Assembly (NCBI GenBank): GCA_963703225.1
Contig: OY969801.1
Span: 1,216,001 to 1,280,000 of the forward strand
Direction: 5' to 3'
DNA: 64,000 nucleotides
Origin: Candidatus Eiseniibacteriota bacterium
Lineage (GTDB): Bacteria; Eisenbacteria; RBG-16-71-46; SZUA-252
In this document: one piece after another, positions 42,955 through 54,990 of the stretch
How the letters are laid out: each line of letters starts with the position of its first letter
Position numbering within the stretch: the first letter of the stretch is position 1
Notes under the pieces: model-generated
The model's database searches: none
Told to the model about the DNA's origin: nothing
The model's input: only the letters and a program-made list of their open reading frames with translations
Position numbers and translations under genes: made by a program

Positions 42955-44781
42955 ATGTGCGGCATCGTCGGATACGTCGGCCAGCAGGACTCGGTGCCGA
43001 TTCTGCTCGAAGGGCTCCGCCGCCTCGAGTATCGCGGCTACGACTCCGCGGGCGTCGCGATCCTGAACGGCGAGGGACTGAAGGTCGAGAAGACCGCCGG
43101 CAAGATCGCGATGCTCGAAGAACGGATCAACACGACCCACCCTTCGGGCACCCTGGGGATCGCGCACACGCGCTGGGCGACGCACGGCGTTCCGAACAAG
43201 ATCAACGCCCACCCCCACGTCGATTGCCATGGCCGGATCGCGGTGGTTCACAACGGCATCATCGAGAACTACGCCACGCTCAAGACCAAGCTCCAGCAGG
43301 AGGGGCACCGGTTCACGACCGACACCGACACCGAGGTGATCGTTCACCTGATCGAGAAGTTCTACACCGGGAATCTCGAGAAGGCGGTCGCGGCGGCGGT
43401 CCGGCTCTTGACGGGGACCTATGGGATCGCCGTGATTTCAAGCGACGATCCGGCGAAGATCGTCGGCGCCCGCCACGGGAGCCCGCTGGTCGTCGGGATC
43501 TGCGATTCGGAGTATCTCCTCGCCTCGGACGTTTCGGCGATCATCCGGCATACGAATCAGGTCGTTTACCTGGACGACGAGGAGATGGTGGTGCTGACCC
43601 CCGCGGGGATCCACACCACGACGATTCGCGAAGAGACGATCGCGAAGAAGGTGGAGACCGTCGACTGGGATCTCGAGATGATCGAGAAGGCGGGGTTCCC
43701 GCACTTCATGCTCAAGGAGATCTTCGAGCAGCCCCAATCGCTGCGGAACACGCTCCGCGGGCGCCTCCTGCCCGAGGAGGGCACGGCCCGGCTGGGCGGG
43801 CTCAACATGAGCGCGTCGGAGCTGCGCGCGATCAACCGCGTGGTGATCACCGCGTGCGGGACTTCCTGGCACGCGGGCTTGATCGGGGAATATCTGCATC
43901 GAGGAGCTCGCGCGGATTCCGGTGGAGGTCGAATACGCCTCCGAGTTCCGGTACCGAAACCCAATCTTAGAGCCGGGACGGTGGTGCTCGCGATCAGCCA
44001 GTCAGGCGAGACGGCCGACACGCTCGCCGCGATGCGCGAGGCCAAGCGCAAGGGCGCCCGGGTGCTCGGCGTCTGCAACGTCGTCGGCTCGACGATCGCC
44101 CGGGAATCGGACGGCGGCGTTTATATCCACGCCGGCCCCGAGATCGGGGTGGCGTCGACCAAGGCGTTCACGTCCCAGGTCGCCGCGCTCGCCCTGTTCA
44201 CGCTCTACCTGGGCCGCCTCGGCGAGCTCTCGCCGGAGCTTGGAACGGAGATGGTCCGGGAGCTGGAGGCCATTCCCGAGAAGATCGAGAGGATCCTCGC
44301 GGGCGAGGAGTCGATCCGCGCGATCGCGCGCGCCAACGCGCACCACAATAACTTTCTCTACCTGGGCCGCGGCGTGAACTTCCCGGTGGCGCTCGAAGGA
44401 GCGCTCAAACTGAAGGAGATTTCGTACATCCACGCCGAGGGATATCCCGCCGCCGAGATGAAGCACGGGCCCATCGCGCTGATCGACGACAACATGCCGG
44501 TGGTGTTCATCTGCACGCAGGATTCGGCGTACGAGAAAGTGCTGAGCAACATGGAGGAAGTCCGCGCGCGCCGCGGCAAGATCATCGCCGTGGCCTCGGA
44601 AGGGGACGCGCACGTCGCGACGAAGGCCGACCACGTGCTCTTCATTCCCCGCACGATCGGCACGCTGACGCCGCTCCTCGCGGCGATCCCGCTCCAGCTT
44701 CTCGCGTACTACATCGCGGTCGAGCGGGGGTGCGACGTGGATCAGCCTCGAAATCTGGCCAAGAGCGTCACGGTCGAGTGA
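42955..44781 (+). CDS. glmS: Glutamine-fructose-6-phosphate transaminase (compensating frameshift pair at about 43897 and 43972)
   Basis: [41 protein letters not shown]; the canonical [12 protein letters not shown] segment lies in another frame. Confidence 0.97.
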   Translation: MCGIVGYVGQQDSVPILLEGLRRLEYRGYDSAGVAILNGEGLKVEKTAGKIAMLEERINTTHPSGTLGIAHTRWATHGVPNKINAHPHVDCHGRIAVVHNGIIENYATLKTKLQQEGHRFTTDTDTEVIVHLIEKFYTGNLEKAVAAAVRLLTGTYGIAVISSDDPAKIVGARHGSPLVVGICDSEYLLASDVSAIIRHTNQVVYLDDEEMVVLTPAGIHTTTIREETIAKKVETVDWDLEMIEKAGFPHFMLKEIFEQPQSLRNTLRGRLLPEEGTARLGGLNMSASELRAINRVVITACGTSWHAGLIGEYLHRGARADSGGGRIRLRVPVPKPNLRAGTVVLAISQSGETADTLAAMREAKRKGARVLGVCNVVGSTIARESDGGVYIHAGPEIGVASTKAFTSQVAALALFTLYLGRLGELSPELGTEMVRELEAIPEKIERILAGEESIRAIARANAHHNNFLYLGRGVNFPVALEGALKLKEISYIHAEGYPAAEMKHGPIALIDDNMPVVFICTQDSAYEKVLSNMEEVRARRGKIIAVASEGDAHVATKADHVLFIPRTIGTLTPLLAAIPLQLLAYYIAVERGCDVDQPRNLAKSVTVE

Positions 44782-45182
44782 CCCCTCGCGTCGGAGGATC
44801 GGTTCTCCACACGGACGGCGCGCCCGCCGCGATCGGGCCGTACGTCCAGGGCCGCGCGGGGAACCTCTCCGGCCGGTGGATCGTGACGTCGGGGCAGGTC
44901 GGTCTCGATCCGGCGACCGGGATCCTCGTGTCGGGCGGCATCGCGGCGGAGACGGAGCGCGCCATCGACAACCTGGAGGCCATTCTGACGTCGGCGGGCG
45001 CCTCGTTGGCCGACGTGGTCAAGACAACCGTGTATCTCGCGGGAATGGAAGAGTTCGGACCGATGAACGAGGTCTACGCGCGGCGGTTTCCCGACCCCAA
45101 ACCGGCCCGAACGACCATCGCGGCCCGGGAGCTACCGCGCTCCGCCCGCGTGGAGATCGAGGCATGGGCGTTCATCGCCTGA
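44778..45182 (+). CDS. ridA: RidA/YjgF enamine deaminase family
   Basis: APAAIGPY, SGQV, VVKTTVYL, PARTT, VEIEA. Confidence 0.9.
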   Translation: MTPRVGGSVLHTDGAPAAIGPYVQGRAGNLSGRWIVTSGQVGLDPATGILVSGGIAAETERAIDNLEAILTSAGASLADVVKTTVYLAGMEEFGPMNEVYARRFPDPKPARTTIAARELPRSARVEIEAWAFIA

Positions 45183-46237
45183 GGGAAGTCCCCAAGGCCG
45201 CGCCGCGGCTGACGCAGCAGGTGACCTGCTCGGGGTGCGCCGCGAAGATTCCCATCCAGGTGCTCACGCAGATTCTGGGATCGCTCCCCCCTGCGCCGCG
45301 CTCGCCCCGGCTCCTGGTGGGCCCCGAAACCTGGGACGATGCCGGCGTCTATCGGGTGAGCAAGACGCTCGCGCTCGTCCAGACCGTCGATTTCTTCACC
45401 CCGATGGTCGACGACCCCTACGACTTTGGGGCGATCGCCGCGGCCAACGCGGTCAGCGACGTCTACGCGATGGGAGGGATCCCGAAGACCGCCCTCTCCA
45501 TTCTCTGTTTTCCGGCCGAGGGTGGCGACCCCGCGGTGCTTCGTGAAATCGTTCGGGGCGGAGCCGAACTTCTTCGGCGCGCCGGAGTGATCGTGCTCGG
45601 TGGGCACTCCGTCCGCGACCCCGAGATCAAGTTCGGATACGCGGTGACCGGCGAAGTGCATCCGAAGCGCGTCGTCACCAACGCGGGCGCCCGGAAGGGC
45701 GACCTGCTGGTTCTCACCAAGCCGCTCGGCGTGGGGATTCTGGCGACCGCGCTGAAGCGGGGGCTCCTCTCCGCCCCGCTGCTCGCCTTGATGACGCGCC
45801 AGATGAAGGCGATCAACCGGGCCGCCGCGGCCGCGATGACGGCGTCCCAAGCCCATGCCGCGACCGACGTGACGGGATTCGGTCTCCTCGGCCACGCTCG
45901 AAACGTCGCGCGCGCCAGCCGGAAGACGATCCGCATCTGGAGCGGCGCGGTCCCGGTGCTTCCCGGCGCGCTCGGTTTCGCGGCCCAGGATGTCGTCTCG
46001 GGCGGGCTCCAATCGAATCGCGAGGCCATCGACCCCGATGTCGCGTGGGACGAGGCCGTGCCCGAGGCGTTGCGCCGCGTTCTTGTCGATCCGCAGACTT
46101 CGGGTGGATTGCTCATCGCGATTCCTTCCTCCCGCACCGAAGCCCTGCTTCGCCGGCTCGCGAAGTCCCGCGTGGCCGCGGCGGTCGTGGGGGAGGTGGC
46201 GGCGCCGGGGCCCCGCCTGATCGAGGTCGCATCGTGA
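45164..46237 (+). CDS. selD: Selenophosphate synthetase (Cys form)
   Basis: RLT, SGCAAK, DDAGVY, QTVDFFTP, SDVYAMGG, GGHS, TDVTGFGL, DPQTSGGLL; start uncertain. Confidence 0.94.
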   Translation: MGVHRLREVPKAAPRLTQQVTCSGCAAKIPIQVLTQILGSLPPAPRSPRLLVGPETWDDAGVYRVSKTLALVQTVDFFTPMVDDPYDFGAIAAANAVSDVYAMGGIPKTALSILCFPAEGGDPAVLREIVRGGAELLRRAGVIVLGGHSVRDPEIKFGYAVTGEVHPKRVVTNAGARKGDLLVLTKPLGVGILATALKRGLLSAPLLALMTRQMKAINRAAAAAMTASQAHAATDVTGFGLLGHARNVARASRKTIRIWSGAVPVLPGALGFAAQDVVSGGLQSNREAIDPDVAWDEAVPEALRRVLVDPQTSGGLLIAIPSSRTEALLRRLAKSRVAAAVVGEVAAPGPRLIEVAS

Positions 46238-46253
46238 GTCGGCGCGGGATTGG

Positions 46254-46351
46254 GGGGACGGATGGGATCTGGTGGTCTCCGAGGACTTCAAATCCTTCTG
46301 TCGGGCGTTTCCAACGTCCGGGGTGGGTTCGATTCCCACACGTTCCCGCCA
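46254..46351 (+). tRNA. selC: tRNA-Sec(TCA)
   Basis: 6-bp D stem with TGGT loop, GAGGA-CTTCAAA-TCCTT anticodon arm, long variable arm, G73 plus CCA; 16 nt after selD. Confidence 0.93.
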
Positions 46352-46371
46352 GCGCGCCCGGGTACTCTCTC

Positions 46372-46647
46372 GTGAGCGGTCCCCTGGGGTCTTGGTTTCC
46401 TCCGGATTGGAGCGATCCTCGTGTCATCGGCGTTATCATCGTCGTCGCCATCCTGGCCCTTATCCGCCGGTGGTCTTTCGTGCTGCTCATCGCCCTGCTC
46501 ATCGCGCTCGGGCAAGGGTTGGAGTATCTCCTCGGGCACTCGTCGCTGGGCCCCGATTTCACCAAGGGCGCGGTCATTGGGGTTTATGTCTTTGGCGGCA
46601 TCCTGCTCGTGTTCATGGCGATCGCCCATTTCGTCACGAGAGATTAG
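46372..46647 (+). CDS. Small three-TM membrane protein, unknown function
   Basis: Three hydrophobic stretches in the 46045 frame from GTG 46372. Confidence 0.6.
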   Translation: MSGPLGSWFPPDWSDPRVIGVIIVVAILALIRRWSFVLLIALLIALGQGLEYLLGHSSLGPDFTKGAVIGVYVFGGILLVFMAIAHFVTRD

Positions 46648-47191
46648 GACCGGGGCCGCCCGGGCCCTGGCATCGACCGGGCTCGCGGTCTGCCTCCTGC
46701 TCGGGTCCGGCGCTCCTGGCCGCGCGGAGGCCGCGGCCGACCCCAAGCCCGAGGGCCCTCCAGCGCCCCAGACGTCCCCTGCAGCGGCACCGGCGCACCG
46801 CGACTCCCCGTTTCATGTCATGCTCCGGTCCACGGTCCTCCCCGGGTGGGGGCAAATGTACAATCACAAGCCGCTGAAGGCGGCGGTGGTCGTGGGCGGC
46901 GAGGGATACTTGATCTACAGAGCTTGGGGTGAATTTCAAAATGAGCAGGACGCGGCCGCCGCGGGCGACCAGGAAGCCAAGGACACGTACTACAACTTGA
47001 AGGTCAACTACATCTGGTGGGCCATCGCGGTCCACCTGCTCCAGATGGCAGACGCCTACGTCGACGCCCACCTCGCCACGTTCGACGTCGATTTCGGACC
47101 GGAGAATGCCGACCACGCCGAGTGGGCGCCGCCCGATCGCGGCCGGATCACACTGCCGGCCGCCCGCGTCGCCCTCCATGTCCACTTCTGA
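46643..47191 (+). CDS. DUF5683-like membrane/exported protein (start uncertain)
   Basis: [13 protein letters not shown]...ADAYVDAHL motif. Confidence 0.72.
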   Translation: MRTGAARALASTGLAVCLLLGSGAPGRAEAAADPKPEGPPAPQTSPAAAPAHRDSPFHVMLRSTVLPGWGQMYNHKPLKAAVVVGGEGYLIYRAWGEFQNEQDAAAAGDQEAKDTYYNLKVNYIWWAIAVHLLQMADAYVDAHLATFDVDFGPENADHAEWAPPDRGRITLPAARVALHVHF

Positions 47192-47198
47192 TCTCCTG

Positions 47199-49004
47199 AT
47201 GACGAGCCGTCGGGAGTCGGTCCGCAATTTCTGCATCATCGCCCACATCGACCACGGGAAGTCGACGCTCGCCGATCGCCTGCTCGAGCGGACCAACACG
47301 GTCCCCAAGTCCAAGATGAAGGATCAGGTCCTGGACAACATGGACCTCGAGCGCGAGAAGGGGATCACCATCAAGTCCCACGCGATCGCCATGTCCTACA
47401 AGGCGAGGGACGGGAAAACCTACCAGCTCAACCTCATCGACACGCCCGGCCACGTCGATTTCACATACGAGGTGTCCCGGAGCCTGGCGGCGTGCGAGGG
47501 GGCCATCCTCGTCGTCGACGCGTCGCAGGGCGTGGAAGCTCAGACCATCTCCAACCTCTACCTGGCGCTCGACCAGCACCTGACGATCGTGCCCGTCCTG
47601 AACAAGGTCGACCTTCCCGCGGCCATGCCCGACGAGGTCGCGCTCGAAGTCGCGCAGCTGCTTCATGTGGAGCCCGAGGAGGTGGTCCGGGTCTCCGCCA
47701 AGGAGGGGACGAACATCGAGGGGGTGCTCGAAGCGGTCGTCGCCCGGATCCCGGCACCCATCGATCTTCGCGACGGGACCCTCCAGGCCTTGATCTTCGA
47801 TTCTGTGTTCGACCAGTTCCGAGGCGTGATCGTCTATGTCCGCGTGGTCCGAGGCAAGATCCGCGCCGGGGAGGCCATCCGCTTCCTCTCGACGGACACG
47901 CGCTACGAGGTGATCGAAGCGGGTGTGCTCCGACTGGGACTGGAGCCGCGGGAGGAGCTGGTCTCGGGGGACGTCGGGTACGTCATCGGAAACGTGAAGG
48001 TGGTGGCCGACGCCAAGGTCGGCGATACCATCGTTTCGGCGGACGATCCCGCGCCCGAGCGCCTTCCCGGCTACCGGCCGGTCAAGCCGATGGTCTTCTC
48101 CGGCCTGTACCCGATGGAGGCCGAGAGCTACGAGTCGCTCAAGGAGTCGCTCTCACGCCTCCAGCTCAACGACGCCTCCCTGACCTATGAGCCCGAGACC
48201 TCGCTGGCGCTGGGATTCGGCTTCCGCTGCGGATTCCTCGGGCTCCTCCACATGGAGATCGTGCAGGAGCGGCTGACCCGGGAACACGGGGTCAACCTCA
48301 TCGCCACGGTGCCGAGCGTCGAGTACCACGTGCTCAAGACCACCGGCGATCTCTTGGTGGTCGAGAACCCCGCCCTCATGCCGCCCGCGAACCAGATCGA
48401 GTCGATCGAAGAGCCCTACGTTCGCGCGCAGGTCGTCGTTCCCACCGAATACGTCGGCAACATCATGAAGCTGGCCCAGGACCGGCGCGGCGTCTTCGGA
48501 GGGATGCAATATCCGAGCGAGGATCGGGCGCACCTCACCTACGACCTGCCCCTCGCCGAGATCGTCCTCGACTTCTACGACAAGTTGAAGTCGCTGAGCC
48601 GCGGCTACGCTTCGCTCGACTACGAGCTGGCCGGCTACAAGCCCGCCGATCTCGTCAAGATGGACATCGTACTGAACGGGGAGCCGGTGGACGCGCTCTC
48701 CGTGATCGTCCACCGGGAAGGCGCCTACGCCTGGGGGCGGGAGATCGCTGTGAAACTTAAAGAATTGATTCCGCGGCAGATGTTTCCGATCGCGATTCAG
48801 GCGGCGATCGGAGGCCAGGTGATCGCCCGCGAGACGATCTCGGCGCTGCGCAAGAACGTCCTCGCCAAGTGCTACGGCGGCGATATCACGCGGAAGCGAA
48901 AGCTCCTCGAGAAGCAGCGCGAGGGGAAGCAGCGGATGAAGCAGATCGGCACCGTCCGGATCCCCCAGGAAGCGTTCTTGGCGGTTCTGCGGGTCGAGCG
49001 ATAG
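47199..49004 (+). CDS. lepA: Elongation factor 4
   Basis: [47 protein letters not shown]. Confidence 0.98.
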   Translation: MTSRRESVRNFCIIAHIDHGKSTLADRLLERTNTVPKSKMKDQVLDNMDLEREKGITIKSHAIAMSYKARDGKTYQLNLIDTPGHVDFTYEVSRSLAACEGAILVVDASQGVEAQTISNLYLALDQHLTIVPVLNKVDLPAAMPDEVALEVAQLLHVEPEEVVRVSAKEGTNIEGVLEAVVARIPAPIDLRDGTLQALIFDSVFDQFRGVIVYVRVVRGKIRAGEAIRFLSTDTRYEVIEAGVLRLGLEPREELVSGDVGYVIGNVKVVADAKVGDTIVSADDPAPERLPGYRPVKPMVFSGLYPMEAESYESLKESLSRLQLNDASLTYEPETSLALGFGFRCGFLGLLHMEIVQERLTREHGVNLIATVPSVEYHVLKTTGDLLVVENPALMPPANQIESIEEPYVRAQVVVPTEYVGNIMKLAQDRRGVFGGMQYPSEDRAHLTYDLPLAEIVLDFYDKLKSLSRGYASLDYELAGYKPADLVKMDIVLNGEPVDALSVIVHREGAYAWGREIAVKLKELIPRQMFPIAIQAAIGGQVIARETISALRKNVLAKCYGGDITRKRKLLEKQREGKQRMKQIGTVRIPQEAFLAVLRVER

Positions 49005-49011
49005 GAAGGCC

Positions 49012-49701
49012 GTGAAAGGGGGAACATCGGGCATGACCAGAGCAGCGGCGGGCGTGGCAACCCGGGCCAAGGCACGCACCAAATCGACGGTGCGGGAATA
49101 CGTGGAGGCATTGCTCCTCGCGATCGTCCTCACGCTCGTCATACGCGGACTCGTCGTCCAGGCGTTTCGGATTCCGACCGGCTCGATGGAGGACACTCTT
49201 CTCGTCGGTGACTTCCTCTTCGTCAACAAGATGGTCTACGGTTCGGAGATCGACGTCGGCTTCGGAGGAAATCGTCTGATCTACTACCGGTTTCCCGCGA
49301 TCCGGGATCCCAAGCCCGGCGACATCATCGTCTTCCGGTATCCCGACGACCCGGCTCGCGACTTCATTAAGCGCTGCGTCGCGGTCGGGGGGCAGACGGT
49401 GGAGATACGCGACAAAGTGCTCTATGTCGACGGACGCTCGCGCGAGGAGCCGTACGCGGTTCACAAGGACCCCCGGGTGCTGCCGCGCGAAACGGATCGC
49501 CGCGATAATTTCGGGCCCTACCTGGTTCCCCAGGGCCACCTCTTCATGATGGGGGACAACCGGGACAACAGCCACGACAGCCGATATTGGGGCGCACTCC
49601 CGCAACGGCTCGTGAAAGGGAAGGCGATGTTTCTCTACTGGTCGTGGGACGGAGACCGCCGCCTCCCGCGGCTGAACCGCCTCCTGCACGGAGTGTCGTG
49701 A
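49012..49701 (+). CDS. lepB: Signal peptidase I
   Basis: IPTGSMEDTL, FIKR, MGDNRDNSHDSRYWG. Confidence 0.96.
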   Translation: MKGGTSGMTRAAAGVATRAKARTKSTVREYVEALLLAIVLTLVIRGLVVQAFRIPTGSMEDTLLVGDFLFVNKMVYGSEIDVGFGGNRLIYYRFPAIRDPKPGDIIVFRYPDDPARDFIKRCVAVGGQTVEIRDKVLYVDGRSREEPYAVHKDPRVLPRETDRRDNFGPYLVPQGHLFMMGDNRDNSHDSRYWGALPQRLVKGKAMFLYWSWDGDRRLPRLNRLLHGVS

Positions 49702-50858
49702 CCGTGGAATTTGGCCTCTACATTCATCTCCCCTATTGCCGGAGCATTTGCCCCTACTGCGCGTTCGCCAAGGCGCCGCTCCACCACGCGGAACCGGAGC
49801 GGCTCTTGGCCGCGCTGCGGCGGGAATGGGAACGGGCCCGGGCGGAGGACGCGTGGAGCCGCCCGCGGACGATTTACCTGGGGGGCGGAACCCCGACGGC
49901 GCTCGATCCAGACACGCTCCGCGCGCTCCTGACGTGGATCCGCTCGGAATTCGGCTCGGCGCGCGTGCGCGAGTGGACCGTGGAGGCGAATCCGGAGGGG
50001 ATCACCGACCGGAAGCTCGAGCTGCTCCGGGAATGCGGAGTCGACCGGCTGAGCGTGGGGGTCCAGTCCCTCGAGCCGATGGTCCTTCGCGCCCTCGGAA
50101 GGATCCACACGCCCCAGCGCGCCCTCGACACGCTCGCCCAGGCGAGGCGCGCGGGCTTCGCGAATGTCTCCGCCGACCTCATCGTCGCGGTGCCGGGGGA
50201 GACCGCCGAGGGAGTGCGCCGATCGGCCGGGGCCCTGGTCTCGGCCGGCGTCGATCATCTTTCGATCTACAGCCTGCAGATCGAGGAGGGGACGCCCCTC
50301 GCCGCCAAGGTGGAGCGCGGCTCCATGAAGGCTCTGACCGAGGAGGACGCCGCCGAACGCTACGAGGATCTGGCGCCCCTGCTCCAGGGAGCCGGGTACC
50401 ACCATTATGAAGTCTCGAGCTGGGCACGGCCCGGATTCGAGTCGCGGCACAACCAGGGATACTGGTCGCGCCGTCCCTATCTCGGGCTCGGGCCGGGAGC
50501 CCACTCCTGGAACGGCGCCGACCGCTGGAGGAACGAGGACGACGTAACCCGCTATTACCAGCGGGTGGAAGCGGACGGGCTGGCCCGCGTGGATCGGGCG
50601 CGCCTCTCCGTTCGCGACGCCGCCGAGGAAACGATCATGCTCGGGCTGAGGCGCGCGCGCGGACTCAAGCGCGGCGACCTGCTGCGGCTGGCGGGACCGG
50701 CGGCGCTCTCCTGGAGCGAGTGGGCCGCCGGCGCGGGCGCCGTGAGCTTGGACACGCCCGGACGCGTCCGCCCGACCGGCCGGGGATTTCTTTTGAGCCA
50801 CGAGCTTTCCGCCGAGCTCTTGGCCCGCATGGAGTCTTCGCCCCGCGGGTCGGCTTGA
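49698..50858 (+). CDS. hemW: Radical SAM heme chaperone
   Basis: YIHLPYCRSICPYCAF, GGGTPT, HYEVS, HNQGYW; upstream of hrcA. Confidence 0.9.
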   Translation: MTVEFGLYIHLPYCRSICPYCAFAKAPLHHAEPERLLAALRREWERARAEDAWSRPRTIYLGGGTPTALDPDTLRALLTWIRSEFGSARVREWTVEANPEGITDRKLELLRECGVDRLSVGVQSLEPMVLRALGRIHTPQRALDTLAQARRAGFANVSADLIVAVPGETAEGVRRSAGALVSAGVDHLSIYSLQIEEGTPLAAKVERGSMKALTEEDAAERYEDLAPLLQGAGYHHYEVSSWARPGFESRHNQGYWSRRPYLGLGPGAHSWNGADRWRNEDDVTRYYQRVEADGLARVDRARLSVRDAAEETIMLGLRRARGLKRGDLLRLAGPAALSWSEWAAGAGAVSLDTPGRVRPTGRGFLLSHELSAELLARMESSPRGSA

Positions 50859-50883
50859 CAGGTCCAGGGGCCGCTGGTAGGTT
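50855..50883 (+). promoter_or_regulatory. Sigma70 promoter of the hrcA operon
   Basis: TTGACA-N17-TAGGTT with extended TG. Confidence 0.75.
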
Positions 50884-50892
50884 TTCCCGTGT

Positions 50893-50919
50893 CTGGCACT
50901 TACATCGCGTGAGTGCCAA
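50893..50919 (+). promoter_or_regulatory. CIRCE operator
   Basis: CTGGCACTT-N9-GAGTGCCAA versus consensus TTAGCACTC-N9-GAGTGCTAA, directly upstream of hrcA. Confidence 0.88.
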
Positions 50920-50934
50920 GACGTTCCCAACGCC

Positions 50935-51956
50935 ATGACCCGACCCACACTCGACGAGCGGCGCCGCCGCATCCTGACTTTTGTCGTGGAGAGCCACGTG
51001 ACCCGGGCGGAGCCGGTCGGCTCCCAATTCGTCCGCGCGGCCTACCACTTGAGCATTTCCCCCGCCACGATTCGAAACGCGATGCAGGACCTGGAGGGGT
51101 TGGGATTCCTCGATCATCCCCACACCTCGGCCGGCCGCGTGCCCACGGAGGCCGGGTACCGCTATTACGTGGATGAGCTGATGCGTCCCGAGCCAATCCC
51201 CGCGTCGACGCGCCGGAAGGTTCAAGGGGCGCTCCGGCCCTTGCTCGAGACCGGCGACATCTTCTCCTCCGAGGTTCCGCGGATCCTCGCGCGCACCTCC
51301 CACCAGCTGGCGCTGGTGCAGGTCCAGGAACCGGCCGAGCGGGTCGCGGAGCGGGTCGATCTGGTGACGCTCGAAGGGGGCCTCCTGGTCCTCGCGGTGC
51401 AGGAGCGGGGAGGGCGCATCGCGACCGCGAGCTGGAAGCCCGACTCAGCGCCCGAATCCGCCGCGCTCCGTCGCGCGACCGAGTGGGTGCGACGAACGCT
51501 CCCGATCCGAGGCGCGGGCGACGCGCTGACGCACGCCGCGCGGGCCCGGAGGGAGCGCTCGGTCGAGGGCGCCTCCCTCGCGGCCTCGATCTTTGAGCGG
51601 ATCGCCGAGCTGATGGACACGGGCGGAAATCCCGCCGTGCGGATCGACGGCGCCGACAACATCGCGTCTCAGCCGGAATTTCAATCGCCCGCCCGTCTCC
51701 GGCCGCTCGTCTCGCTCCTCGCCGAGCGGGAGCCGCTGGCGCGGGCGCTCGAGGCGGTCGCCGAGCCCGGCCGGCCGCGCGTCTCGATCGGACGCGAGAA
51801 CGGCCCCGGCGCGATGCGCGAATGCTCGATCGTGGGGATGCGGGTCGATGCGCGCGGCTTGAGGGGAGTCCTGGGCGTCATCGGGCCGGTGCGGATGCCG
51901 TATCGCACGGTATTTTCGCTCGTCTCCTACGTCGGCGAGCGTCTCGCCGCGGGACA

Positions 51957-51960
<4 letters not shown>
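50935..51960 (+). CDS. hrcA: Heat-inducible transcription repressor
   Basis: EPVGS, SPATIRN, HPHTSAGRVPTEAGYRYYVD, GVIGPVRMPY. Confidence 0.96.
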
Positions 51961-53713
<1,753 letters not shown>

Positions 53714-53728
53714 AGCGCCGGAGGATTC

Positions 53729-54460
53729 GTGCGCGAGCCGCGCCGCCCCGACACGATCTTCTGGGTCGAGCCCCGCGCGATCCAGGGTGACATCCTGACC
53801 CTCGACGTCGAGGAATCGCACCATCTCCTCCGGGTCCATCGCGCCGCGGTGGGCGTTCGATTCACGGCCGTCGACGGCGTGGGTGGGACCTACGAATGCG
53901 TTCTCGACTCCGCGGAGCGGAGCGCCGCGGTCGGGCGGATCGAGCGGCGCGAGTTCGGTGTGGGGGAGCCGCCGGCGCCGATTACGCTCTTGGTCGGGCT
54001 CCCGGACACGGGCCCAACGGAGACCGTCGTGGAACACGCCGTCCCGCTGGGCGCCACGACCATCGACTTCGTGGCCTCGGTCAGGAGCGGACGACCACCT
54101 CTTGGATCGGCTCGGCTGGCGCGCCTGAGCCGGCTGGCGCGGTCCGCCCTGAAGCAGTCCCGACGGAGCGTTCTCCCAACCATCCAATCTTCAGAGGGGT
54201 TGGGAGCGGCGCTGGAGCGACTGGGGGAGGGCCGGCGCTTTCTCGCCGATCCCCGCGGGGAGCGACCGCTCGAGTCCCGCCCAGAAGCCGCACAACTGCC
54301 GGTGATTCTGGCGGTTGGGCCGCCCGGCGGCTTTGACGACGGAGAGCGTGCGCTCCTCCTGGAAGCGAAATTTTTGCCCATGTCTCTAGTTGACAACCGA
54401 TTACCCACAGAGACAGCCGCCATCGCGATTCTGTCTCTAGCCCGTAACATATTGATGTGA
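53729..54460 (+). CDS. rsmE: 16S rRNA m3U1498 methyltransferase
   Basis: HHLLRVHR, KQSRR, VGPPGGF, RLPTETA; follows dnaJ. Confidence 0.85.
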   Translation: MREPRRPDTIFWVEPRAIQGDILTLDVEESHHLLRVHRAAVGVRFTAVDGVGGTYECVLDSAERSAAVGRIERREFGVGEPPAPITLLVGLPDTGPTETVVEHAVPLGATTIDFVASVRSGRPPLGSARLARLSRLARSALKQSRRSVLPTIQSSEGLGAALERLGEGRRFLADPRGERPLESRPEAAQLPVILAVGPPGGFDDGERALLLEAKFLPMSLVDNRLPTETAAIAILSLARNILM

Positions 54461-54477
54461 AATGGAATATCCGACAT

Positions 54478-54506
54478 TTGACTTTTTCGGGGCTTCGGGG
54501 TATCTT
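54478..54506 (+). promoter_or_regulatory. Sigma70 promoter of rpsU
   Basis: TTGACT-N17-TATCTT. Confidence 0.7.
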
Positions 54507-54591
54507 TCTTAGTGTTAGCGGGATGCTGCCCAACCCCCAATGGGAGGGCTACTTCGATACCTCAAACCAGGGTTAGGAGGCGATTCACAGG

Positions 54592-54783
54592 ATGCCCGGC
54601 ATCAGGGTCAAAGAAGGCGAGTCCTTCGAGAGTGCCCTTCGCCGGTTCAAGAAGAAGTGTGAGAAGGCAGGAGTTCTCGCGGATCTTCGACGTCATCAGC
54701 ACTTCGAAAAACCGAGCGAGCGGCGTAAGCGAAAGCTAAACGCCGCGAAGAGGAAGATGATGGCTCGAATGAAGGCGGAATAG
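54592..54783 (+). CDS. rpsU: 30S ribosomal protein S21
   Basis: [18 protein letters not shown]...[11 protein letters not shown]. Confidence 0.97.
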   Translation: MPGIRVKEGESFESALRRFKKKCEKAGVLADLRRHQHFEKPSERRKRKLNAAKRKMMARMKAE

Positions 54784-54810
54784 GGCCTCGTCCGAGATAG
54801 CAGAAAACGG

Positions 54811-54840
54811 CGGGAGACCGGCGGGGGCCGGTTTCCCGTT
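54811..54840 (+). terminator. Stem-loop after rpsU (terminator or stabiliser)
   Basis: CGGGAGACCGGC-GGGG-GCCGGTTTCCCG, weak U tail. Confidence 0.5.
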
Positions 54841-54990
54841 CGCCCCCAGGGTCGGCACTTCGTCACCACTCTCACCTCCGGAAGAACCGACATTACCGAC
54901 GCGAATTCGCGCCCATCGGCGGCGCCATCGGGATTTTCGCCTGACGGCCGCGACATCGATCACGCCCACGCCGCGCTGGAGCTCTCCACC

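Noticed and set aside
42900..42955. glmS ribozyme
   Set aside because: Only 6 nt separate the glmM stop from the glmS start.
45223..45250. Selenocysteine in SelD
   Set aside because: The active-site codon is TGC (Cys), not TGA.
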